Source: an uncultured bacterium (lineage in GTDB: Bacteria > Muiribacteriota > Ozemobacteria > Ozemobacterales > Ozemobacteraceae). From it: a stretch of DNA of 64,000 nt. Below the pieces are notes generated by a model. It was not told the origin of the DNA. It did not search any database and saw only the letters and a list, made by a program, of their open reading frames with translations. The translations under genes and the position numbers were made by a program. Of this stretch, positions 20,234 to 29,300 are shown piece by piece (the first letter of the stretch is position 1; each line of letters begins with the position of its first letter). Location: contig CAZQUE010000014.1 in NCBI GenBank assembly GCA_964596185.1, positions 5,576-69,575 of the forward strand, given 5' to 3'.

Positions 20234-20907
20234 CAGCTTTGATCTAATAGTATTTGAATGATGATTTCCGGGTTGATTTCTTTGCTGGCTTTGATCAGGT
20301 CAGCAGATTGATTCTCGCCGGAAAAAATTGCTTCGATAATTATTTCCGTTTTATCTGAATCGCAGCTTTGTCTGCTTAGAACCTGATGAGTTTCGGTAAG
20401 GCTGTCAATTTTTTCCATGAGCTTAAGATTTATTTCATCATTATTTGGGATGATTGCCTTAATCATCGATATCCCAGAGCTGTTGCTCTGGCTGAAAAAT
20501 CTTTCCAGAAATACGGAAAACATGATGAACAGACCGGTCGCTCCGGCAGCAATTGCCAGATATCCGCTGCCACAGGCCATGCCAACCGAAATCGCCATGA
20601 AAAGGTAGGCTAACTCATTGCTGCTTTTTATTGCAGTTCTGAACCTTATCAGGCTCAAAGCTCCGATTGCTCCGAAAGCACGGGCAAGGCTGTTGCCAAT
20701 TACTGCCATAATCAAGCTTACAACCGTGGCCAAAAGAACCATGGTTCGATAATGTTTAGGATCGGCGGCCTGGTGGCGGGCGGCTTTCTTCAGGACCAGG
20801 CTCAGAATTAATGAGAGAATGAAGGCCGTTACCATTCCTGCAAATACATCGGTGGCGCTAAGATCGATCATTTTTAATAAGGGCTGTGAAAGCTGTTTTT
20901 CTGGCAA
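20233..20907 (-). CDS. DUF4956-family membrane protein
   Basis: IGNSLARAFGAIGALSLIRFRTAIK...LAYLFMAISVGMACGSG signature; several TM helices plus C-terminal ACT-like region. Confidence 0.85.
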   Translation of the reverse strand: MPEKQLSQPLLKMIDLSATDVFAGMVTAFILSLILSLVLKKAARHQAADPKHYRTMVLLATVVSLIMAVIGNSLARAFGAIGALSLIRFRTAIKSSNELAYLFMAISVGMACGSGYLAIAAGATGLFIMFSVFLERFFSQSNSSGISMIKAIIPNNDEINLKLMEKIDSLTETHQVLSRQSCDSDKTEIIIEAIFSGENQSADLIKASKEINPEIIIQILLDQS

Positions 20908-21030
20908 AATGAGGCTCCTGAAAGTTATTCAACTCAGATGAATTATAATCCCTGTGCTGGAAAATTTACAGATGCTTTTTCAAAAAATTGATTGCCTGTT
21001 AGTTTTACCTTATTCTCTGCTGAAAAAGTA

Positions 21031-21039
21031 TGCTAGAAT
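21031..21039 (+). promoter_or_regulatory. Putative extended -10 promoter (TGn-TAGAAT)
   Basis: TGCTAGAAT ending 6 nt before ATG 21046; no SD visible. Confidence 0.4.
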
Positions 21040-21045
21040 AGAATT

Positions 21046-21765
21046 ATGAAACACTTGAGAACTCTTCTGGCCTTGCTTGTTTTGCTCGTTTTGATGAGTA
21101 ATTGTCCTGCCAAGGGATGTAGCCTGGCAATTCACGACTGGAAACTGGTATTTTTTGTTAAAATTCCGGTTACAGCTCCGGTTTTTCCATTGGCCGAAGT
21201 CAATTTCTTAAATGCCAATTTTAAGAAACCGCCGGTTGATTCCGTTTACTGGTTATCAGGCCATAATTGGGTCTCATATTCCTTGTCCGGTTTTATTAAG
21301 GCTTTGCCGGGCTGGCCATCGAAGTTGACCTGGAACCTTGTCGATCGATCCAGTTCTGTTTTGAAAATGGGCCAGGATTTTCTTGCCAAAGGCCAGAATA
21401 ATCTCATTCTTGGCAGTGACAAGAATTTTCTGAAAGTCGCATTCTTCAGCGATGCCAATTCGGATTACAATTGCCATCAGCTGGTGATTATGCAAAATAG
21501 CAGAATCAGAGGGGTTCATGTCGACAAGGAAAAACCATGGGCCCAGGAATTGAACGGCATGTCCTGGGTGTCGCTGATCTTTTTTCAATTGCCTTACCCG
21601 GATCGGGTTCTTTCTCTTTCTGTGTTTCCCCATAATTTTACCAGAATCAGTCTTTTCGAAGATCATGATTATGTTGAATCCTTATTGTCTCAAAAGCTGT
21701 TAAGACGTAGACCTGATCTTGAGGTTGATCCATTCGTGTTTGATTTTCCGGAGTTACCAGATTAA
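21046..21765 (+). CDS. Exported hypothetical protein
   Basis: Signal-like N-terminus; stop overlaps the next start (TAATG). Confidence 0.7.
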   Translation: MKHLRTLLALLVLLVLMSNCPAKGCSLAIHDWKLVFFVKIPVTAPVFPLAEVNFLNANFKKPPVDSVYWLSGHNWVSYSLSGFIKALPGWPSKLTWNLVDRSSSVLKMGQDFLAKGQNNLILGSDKNFLKVAFFSDANSDYNCHQLVIMQNSRIRGVHVDKEKPWAQELNGMSWVSLIFFQLPYPDRVLSLSVFPHNFTRISLFEDHDYVESLLSQKLLRRRPDLEVDPFVFDFPELPD

Positions 21766-22421
21766 TGTGTAAAAAAATTTTTCACCTGTTAACATTTTTT
21801 GCTCTTGTGGCTTCTTCGTCTTTGTTGGCGCAAAGCTTCAGTTCTGCTGATTTTGAACGTTTGATCAACAAACACCCGATGATGAAAAACTATGACCCTG
21901 AATCGGGCCGGTTTAAAAACACGCCAAGTCAGGTAGTTCCAGTTGAATCTGTTCGAAATCAGATCGCTTCCGCTCAGCAGGAGATAGAAACTTTCGGTCG
22001 ACAGCGTGAAGAAATCCTCGCCAGTTCGTTGAACTCGGAAAATGCCGATGAAAACAAGGTCTGGGAAGAACTTTCATCGCTAAATGAAGAGATTTTCAAA
22101 AGAAAGCGGTTGTTGCTCGATCTTGGCGAACTTGAGGCTGCTAACGGCATACCGCCGGTATCAAGAGTTCTTTCTATTGCCCGTTCAATGATTCTTGATG
22201 TTAGAGAAGAGTTTCAAGATTCAGACGTGGTTCTGAATACTCTTCCAAGGTATTTTGCAGCTCCGCCTCAATTTATGCGCAACCCTTTGCAGGAATTTTT
22301 CTTTAACCCTGACAGTAAAATTACATTGCTAAAATATCTTCGCGAAAACCACAGGGTTGGGTTGCTGTTTCCGGCCGTTGTTCAGCCAATCCTTATCGGG
22401 GAAAGGAAAAAAACTAAATGA
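21765..22421 (+). CDS. Exported coiled-coil protein, divergent Skp/OmpH-like paralogue 1
   Basis: Signal peptide; ADFERLINKHPMMKNYD, coiled coil, DVVLN, matching motifs in 22418 and 25319. Confidence 0.6.
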   Translation: MCKKIFHLLTFFALVASSSLLAQSFSSADFERLINKHPMMKNYDPESGRFKNTPSQVVPVESVRNQIASAQQEIETFGRQREEILASSLNSENADENKVWEELSSLNEEIFKRKRLLLDLGELEAANGIPPVSRVLSIARSMILDVREEFQDSDVVLNTLPRYFAAPPQFMRNPLQEFFFNPDSKITLLKYLRENHRVGLLFPAVVQPILIGERKKTK

Positions 22422-23359
22422 ATTTTGGAAAAAGACTGTTTTTGTCGATGATTGTCTTTGTTTTGTTAAACTGCTCATCGGCTTTTGCTGAAATTCGTAT
22501 TGCTAAGGTCGACCTGGGGTTGGTTGCAAGTGTTCATCCGCAAATGGCCCTGTTCGATTTTGACCGGATGGGTTTTTACAAAGTTGCTCCAGGTTTGACG
22601 CAAGTTCAGTTCGAGACAGAAGTTAACAAGCTCAGATCAAGTGCGCCAACCCAGGACTGGACAAAAATGTCGGCCAAACTCAGAGCGAATATCGAAGCTC
22701 TTGAAAAGCAGAAAGCTGGCCTGCTCGAACGTTTGAACGGTGCAGATATGAACACCGGCAAACAGGTCGAGAAAAAGCTTGAAGAAATCGCCAGAGAAGA
22801 AGAGAAAATACGTGGGCAGCTTTACGATATCGAATATCAGCAAAATTGTCCTGATCTGACTTCCCCGGATGAGACCAGAAAAACTCTAAACGCCATTGAG
22901 AGCGAGTTGATGCTTGAATTAAAGGCTTTGGCAGATGAAATGAAATATGATCTGGTGCTTAATTCTTCTATAACCGTGCCGTTTAACTACCCACAACGCT
23001 ATAAATCCGGTTCCCAATACGGCCTCGGAATCCCAGGAATCGATTTCAGCCTTTTTTACTCGTTTCTGGCAAATCGCGAGCACGTGTTGGATTCAGATGA
23101 AAACCCAAATTCCAGGAATCTGATCAACTGGCTTGAGTTGGTCAGATATCCGGATGCCATGAATCTTTTGCCTTTGAAGCCTTACCCGGTAGTTCTTAAG
23201 GGCGGCGATGACATTTCATCGGCCCTTGTTGAAAGAATTTATAAAAAACATCAGGTTTCCGCGAAGGTAATCGAGTCGGTTCATTCAATCCTGGCAATTG
23301 TGAAAGATCATGACAGGAGATTTGACTCTGACCTCGAAAGTCTGGTCGTCCCCAAGTAG
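22418..23359 (+). CDS. Exported Skp/OmpH-like protein, paralogue 2
   Basis: IAKVDLGLVASVHPQM; long coiled coil; LKALADEMKYDLVLN; GGDDISSALVERI, resembling Skp N- and C-terminal strands. Confidence 0.65.
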   Translation: MNFGKRLFLSMIVFVLLNCSSAFAEIRIAKVDLGLVASVHPQMALFDFDRMGFYKVAPGLTQVQFETEVNKLRSSAPTQDWTKMSAKLRANIEALEKQKAGLLERLNGADMNTGKQVEKKLEEIAREEEKIRGQLYDIEYQQNCPDLTSPDETRKTLNAIESELMLELKALADEMKYDLVLNSSITVPFNYPQRYKSGSQYGLGIPGIDFSLFYSFLANREHVLDSDENPNSRNLINWLELVRYPDAMNLLPLKPYPVVLKGGDDISSALVERIYKKHQVSAKVIESVHSILAIVKDHDRRFDSDLESLVVPK

Positions 23360-23369
23360 GGTACAGACA

Positions 23370-23387
23370 TTGGCATCAAATTTGCTT
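23370..23387 (+). promoter_or_regulatory. Putative sigma54 (RpoN) -24/-12 promoter
   Basis: TTGGCATCAAATTTGCTT: GG (23372-73)-N10-GC (23384-85), followed by AGGGAG SD and ATG 23409. Confidence 0.7.
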
Positions 23388-23408
23388 AACTATACTTAGG
23401 GAGATAAT

Positions 23409-24218
23409 ATGTACAATACCGGTAAACGTTTCAAAGGATTTACACTCGTCGAAATTCTGATTGCGGCGAGCATTTTATCAATGTTCATTGCCGGCGTTTT
23501 CTCTTTTTATCGCATGGGTAGCCGCATGTTCACAGCGGGATCCTGGCGGTTGCAAAAGCAGAAAGAAGCAGAACGTTTTCTGAATCTGCTCAAAGAAAGA
23601 ATCGAACAGGCTTCCAATGCCTCCGGAATCAACCCAGCTGGAACTCCACAGGTGGTTGTATCCGATAGCACCTTTGTTACCGTCAAAAACAATACAGAAG
23701 TTGCAAGCCTGACTGCCGATACCAGGCTGTTGCTCTTCAGTGTTTGTAAACCGGACATGTCGGTTTTTGGCGCAAATGTCGGTCCTGGCACCGGCCCCGG
23801 TTTGATTATGTATCATTGTCTTCTCGCCCGACCCAACGAAAAAAATCTTTACACTCTATATTTGCATGCTGACACCACAAAAAATGCCCATAATGGTATA
23901 GATTATTTCAATTCTACTGCTGATTTTGAACCGGATTTAACCAAGTTCAGTTCGCCCCTTGGCAATTTCAATGCCGCTCCCGCCGACTTTTCGCTGATAC
24001 GCGCACCCTATACCGCCAAATTAAGCGATGTGCTGACCGCAAGTTTCAGTGTTGAAATTGCCTCTGGAACCGATGGTATGACGGAAACAGAGAAAGTAAT
24101 CGGTTTGAGCATTACCATGCAGCACCCGAAATATCCCGGAACCACTGTGAATCAAGGAATCAAGGCAAAAATCGACTTCTCGGTCAAGGTAAATGAGCTC
24201 GATCTGGGAGGGTTTTAA
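23409..24218 (+). CDS. Type IV pilin/pseudopilin-like protein (PilW/GspJ-like)
   Basis: Class III signal KRFKG^FTLVEILIA with Glu+5 and hydrophobic helix. Confidence 0.85.
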   Translation: MYNTGKRFKGFTLVEILIAASILSMFIAGVFSFYRMGSRMFTAGSWRLQKQKEAERFLNLLKERIEQASNASGINPAGTPQVVVSDSTFVTVKNNTEVASLTADTRLLLFSVCKPDMSVFGANVGPGTGPGLIMYHCLLARPNEKNLYTLYLHADTTKNAHNGIDYFNSTADFEPDLTKFSSPLGNFNAAPADFSLIRAPYTAKLSDVLTASFSVEIASGTDGMTETEKVIGLSITMQHPKYPGTTVNQGIKAKIDFSVKVNELDLGGF

Positions 24219-24219
24219 T

Positions 24220-24816
24220 ATGAGGAAAATTTTATCCAGATTGAATCGACGGCGTGCGATGAGTTTGACAGAAATTATTCTGGCGATGGCTTTGCTGGCT
24301 ACCGCTTTTATTCCTATCATTGGAGTTATGGGCACGTCGATCAAGGCCACAGACAAAGACGATCGAACCATAAAAGCGGTTAACCTCTGTCAGGAAAAGC
24401 TAAATCAGGCTTTGCAGTTTCCCTTCGGCATACTCGAGCCCGCTGCCAACCAAAGCAAATCCTATGGTTCATCAGCACTCGAGACTTTAAAATCAAGCTC
24501 CGATGCGAATGGAATTATTCTTCGAGTTGGCCCGGATAGCATTCTTGATCCTGAAACTGGAAACAAATTTGAATTCAAGGCTGAGTTGACCGTGACTGAT
24601 CGGCCAGGCTCATTTAAAGTCCCAATGTATGACCCATTTGAAAAGGCAAACAATTCGGGAGATCCCTCGAAATGGGGCTGGAGTGAACAGGATAAGGCCT
24701 ACGAAGGTATGATTTACGAATATTCCATGAAGATTACCTGGCAGGATAAAGGTGAAGATCGGGAAAAATTCTATACTCTCTCTACTTTCAAATCGAAAGT
24801 GAGGGATACCAAATGA
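24220..24816 (+). CDS. Type IV pilin/pseudopilin-like protein (PilV/GspI-like)
   Basis: RRRA^MSLTEIILAMALL with Glu+5; SD GGGAGG before ATG 24220. Confidence 0.75.
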   Translation: MRKILSRLNRRRAMSLTEIILAMALLATAFIPIIGVMGTSIKATDKDDRTIKAVNLCQEKLNQALQFPFGILEPAANQSKSYGSSALETLKSSSDANGIILRVGPDSILDPETGNKFEFKAELTVTDRPGSFKVPMYDPFEKANNSGDPSKWGWSEQDKAYEGMIYEYSMKITWQDKGEDREKFYTLSTFKSKVRDTK

Positions 24817-25316
24817 AAAAGTTTAACCGAAGAAAAGGCATGGCTTTGATTCTTGCTCTTGTTTTTGCCGTAGTTCTGCTGCAGATGGCAATTGCCTATA
24901 GCGGCATGACGCGCGGAACCAAAAACCAGACGGTTCAGATCGATGAGAGAATCAAACTCGATTATCTTGCTCATGGCTTGACTGAGCTTGCGTTGCTGAA
25001 ATTTCAGCTTTATCCGGGTGACTTTTACGCCTGCTGGGAAGCACACAAACTCGGTGATTCATCATATCTGCAGACTTTTACTACTTCAGCCAACACCAAT
25101 GAATTCAGAATACTCAATTTTGACAAATCGGTTTCAAGTTTCAACGATCAGAAGATCAATGTTGTTCTGGCCAGCATGTCGATATTCACTGACAACAAGT
25201 GGAATACTGAAGCTCTTTTCATTCAGGCTGAAGCAAATTATCAGGATCAGTTTGGCCGAATCATTTCCAAAGACGCGATTAGAATAGTTTCCGTAGAAAG
25301 GATCACCAAGAACTAA
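24813..25316 (+). CDS. Pilin-like protein lacking Glu+5 (PilX/GspK-like)
   Basis: RRKG^MALILALVFAVVLL; loss of E5 is the hallmark of PilX/GspK; ATGA overlap with the previous gene. Confidence 0.7.
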   Translation: MKKFNRRKGMALILALVFAVVLLQMAIAYSGMTRGTKNQTVQIDERIKLDYLAHGLTELALLKFQLYPGDFYACWEAHKLGDSSYLQTFTTSANTNEFRILNFDKSVSSFNDQKINVVLASMSIFTDNKWNTEALFIQAEANYQDQFGRIISKDAIRIVSVERITKN

Positions 25317-25318
25317 AC

Positions 25319-26296
25319 ATGGGTAAAGGGATGAACAGACAAAACAAAAAAATGGTGTTTTACCTGGTAATCGGCTTGCTACTGAGCCTGGGCTCATGCA
25401 TTGAAAGCCATGCCGCCGCAAAAGTGCTGATCGGAAAAGTTGATCTCAAAGCATTGGTGCTTCTGCATCCTGGAATGCGCTCCTACAACCCCTATCTGCA
25501 GGCTTTTCGCGTCGACCCGGCAAAGGTTTCCGCCAGCGTCGCCAACCAGAAGTCAGAAGAGCAGCGCCGGGAAATCGATGAGCTTAATGCCCGAATCAGA
25601 TTGCTTGAAGGTCGAATTCATGAGACTCGCAGAAACTACAATCGTGAAATGGAAAGAATTGCCAAGCAATATCTCGACAAGATCGATACTTTGGCTACCG
25701 GGCCAAGAGCATTGAAAAGAAAAGAATATGATATAGCCCAGAATCGCACTGATGCTTCTTTCAACGCCAAATTACAGTCTTACTCGGCCCAGCTTGAACA
25801 GGCCGAAGATCGCCGTAGTAAACTGGAAAAAGTGGCCTATCATGTCGGCTACACCGACCCTGAAGCTACACAGAAACAGTTCGCGGCAATAATCAACGAA
25901 ATTCGCCAGTATACGCGACAAATAGCTACCAACAAGGGCATTGAAGTTGTACTGAACTCGAAAAGCCGCGAATTGAAAGCGACTCTTCAGGCACAATCGC
26001 AGGTTCTCGCCCCTGAGCTGAATTATGATAAGCTGTTTGCAATTCCTTTCCCCAACGAAATTCGCAACGATTCCGCCGCTATAAATGGTTATTACCAAAA
26101 CATCACCAGTCTCGCCGCCAATTGGCTGGCACATGGTACGAGTATTCTCGAACCATTCTCCACCCAAATGCTCGACAATGACATTTTTATCGGTGGCGTC
26201 GACTTGACCGTCGAAGTTCTCGCAGCTATTTTCCGTTCGTATAAAATCGACAATAATATCGGCAATGCCGTTATTCAGTCCATATATAGTAATTAA
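25319..26296 (+). CDS. Exported Skp/OmpH-like protein, paralogue 3 (start may be 25331)
   Basis: IGKVDLKALVLLHPGM; long coiled coil; RQIATNKGIEVVLN; GGVDLTVEVLAAI. Confidence 0.65.
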   Translation: MGKGMNRQNKKMVFYLVIGLLLSLGSCIESHAAAKVLIGKVDLKALVLLHPGMRSYNPYLQAFRVDPAKVSASVANQKSEEQRREIDELNARIRLLEGRIHETRRNYNREMERIAKQYLDKIDTLATGPRALKRKEYDIAQNRTDASFNAKLQSYSAQLEQAEDRRSKLEKVAYHVGYTDPEATQKQFAAIINEIRQYTRQIATNKGIEVVLNSKSRELKATLQAQSQVLAPELNYDKLFAIPFPNEIRNDSAAINGYYQNITSLAANWLAHGTSILEPFSTQMLDNDIFIGGVDLTVEVLAAIFRSYKIDNNIGNAVIQSIYSN

Positions 26297-26327
26297 TGCT
26301 TTTTCAGGTGTATGAAGGAGGGAGTAT

Positions 26328-29300
26328 ATGAGATCAGTCAGGCTTAAGAGGTTTATTCTGCTGCTATTGCTCGGCTTTGTCTGTGTTTCGGCCTTTGCGG
26401 CTTTGAAACCTGAATACCGCCGTAATGGTGAGTGCTATCTGTTGATCGGTGAAGGGCCCGTTTCAATGCGTGGTATTTATCGTCTCAACAATCCCGAGGC
26501 CAACAAATATTTCGATCCGCCGAAGTATTTGTTCAAGCCTGACAGTTCAATCGGTTTTTCAGTCGACCTCGATCGTAAGATCTATACTTTCTCTGAAAAG
26601 GTCGTTCCCGGTTACGTTCTCCTGGGAGAACCCCTGAAACGCCAGGTTCTCGATTCGGGCAGCACTGACCTGGCCGACTACGGTTACCACCAGTATGTTC
26701 ACTATGACCACCGTTCCTGGGGTAAGAACACCGATATTTATCGAACCGGTCCGGTTGGCCGCGGAATAAGAAGAAGCGGTGGCTCTACCTGGCCTTACTT
26801 CAAGTCAGCTGGTCCTGGTAAAGCTATTGCTGCCCCCTCCGGAAACCCTCTTCCTGACGTGCCTTCTATCCCTCTGGGCATTTATTCCGGAAAAAGCTGG
26901 TATGAAATTCCCAATGGCGCATGGTTCTCGAGCTGGCGCACCAAACCTTGCCAATCGAGTCGCCCTGGGCCTGCCGGTTACTTTTACGTCGTTTATGGTG
27001 ACAAGGTTGAAGGCCAACCCCATAACTGGACTCTCTATACTTATACTCCAGACAACGTTGCCGCCGACGCGCCCAACTACACTTCAGCCGCCGGACAGGT
27101 CGTAGCGGTTTCCTATGATAAAAAAATCAGCCGCCAGATCTTTGCAGGTTGTATCGATGGTTGTGGTGGTGCAAGTGGCTCGGGTGGCGGTGTTGCCGAT
27201 CCGATGATCACTGACCTTGCTTTCATGCCTCCGATCAAATCACAACCTTCGCGAACCTATTTCTACTCTCGCCCGGTAGGGGATATCAACTATACCGTTA
27301 CCAAAAACAAAAATATTTATGCTCCACCGAATCCAACCGGTAATCCGATTATCGGAACTCCTGCAAGTCAGGATACTTATTGGATCGGGGTTTCAATGCG
27401 TGACGTAAGTTCTGATTACGTTTACTGTATCGGAACCAACGACATAAAAAACTGGTATAAACAAGCTACGACGTCAACTGCTCCAAGTATGAGTATCTCG
27501 GCAGTTGCGGTTTCGAACCAGTGGAACCAGAAGGGTGGTATCATTTTTGCCTATGATAAACCCGCAAAAATGGTCTACAAATTCATCCGCTATGAAAATG
27601 ATCCCAATGAACCGCCGATTTCAAAAACCAGATATGAAGGTATTGACGTTTCGGATCTGGTCAACTTGATTCAGGCCGAAGCGAACAGCGAAATCGACGA
27701 TATCAAGGCCGATGGTTTCGGCAGTCTGTTCTTCGCGATGACCTATCCTTCAAAAAATGTCGCTACCTATGATCCTCGTAGCAACTTCAAGTTGAATGAT
27801 ACGATCAGACTATATTATGACCCAAATCAGGATCCTGCAGAAACAGAATGGTCTGGATGGCTGATTTATCGGCAACAATATGGTAAAGCGGTTTTTGAAC
27901 GCAGTATCTACAGCTCGACTCCCCAGGAAATCGGTCGCAAGGTTTTTGCCGAAAGATATTACAACCTTAATATCCGCATGGCACCAGAAGGTTTGGCCCA
28001 GCTCGCAATATCTGGCCCATTCCCAAATGGCAATGTTGAGCCTATTCTCGCTTCCTGGTCTGCCAAAATCGGTAATGGCGACGCTGTTTTGACGGCTTCA
28101 GATTTTTCTTACGGCAGCCTGGGCCTTTATTATGAATACAACTATGGTGATCCCGGCCGGGCAAAACTTGCAGTTATCAATGTGCCCACGCCACCAGAAG
28201 TCATAAGTCTTGCAGGTAAAAAATCGTTCCTGGATATCTGCGGTCCATACACAGACATTCCAATTTCGACTGACATTAACAGCACCATGCAAAATCAGAA
28301 CCTGATCAAACCCGCACCAAGTATTCTTGACGGTGATCAGATCTATTATTTCATGGTTGAAAACTATCCGCTTACCACAGGGGCCTGGAACCCCAATGAC
28401 CAGCCCGACTGGGACGGCGACAGCCGCCAGGGTGGTTTCATCACTTCGATCAGTGACACCAACTCCTCGACCAATGGTGGTAGCGTGGCTTATCGCTGGC
28501 GCACCTGGATGGTCGAAGACATGTTCCAAAGACCTGTATTCCCGCCAGAACCCTATCCGGCAACTCCGTCTCCGCGTGACGGTTCAGATACCGGCCAGGA
28601 AAATTTCACCTTCTTCTATACTCCGGTTGGTGGAAAATACATCATCACTTGCCAGGTTATATATGACTGGTATGATTACGATCTTTTGAACTTTGGTGAT
28701 ACTATCGATGACCTGCCGGCGATCTTCAGGCCTAATGTCAAGGCTGTGCCGGCTGCCGCCGGCGCATCGGTTCTGCAGTCTGCCTCAAGTCAGCTTTCCA
28801 GCATAATGACCACGAATCCTTTCAAATTCATGCAGGCTTCGGCCACCCAGTATATCGATTACATCACTGAGAAAGTTGAAAGTGGTATTGACGATCCTTA
28901 TTATGCCTGTTACCCGATCGTTGCTGCTGGTATCGCTACTCCGCCCACATATACCTACCAGTTTATCGCCAACATCGACAGATGCGATGGCTGGTTTCCA
29001 AATGACAAAGACGATGCCTCGCATTGGGTATTTCACGACAAAAACTGGCCGGAGGCCGATCATGGTCTTGAAGCCGGAAAACAGTATTTCTGGCGCACCT
29101 GTCTGGCCTCGCAGTCAGCGTTTTTTGCGGATATCAGCAAGACCACCGGCGCTGGTGTTCCGTATCGCAATTTCATTGTCGATATGATGCAGAATCCTCA
29201 CAAAGATTCAAAGGGACGTAACAATCCTCTTTTTGTTAATGATCGAGATAACATCAAATTTGACAACAAGGGCGATGACCTTCGCTGGCTTGAAAAAGAC

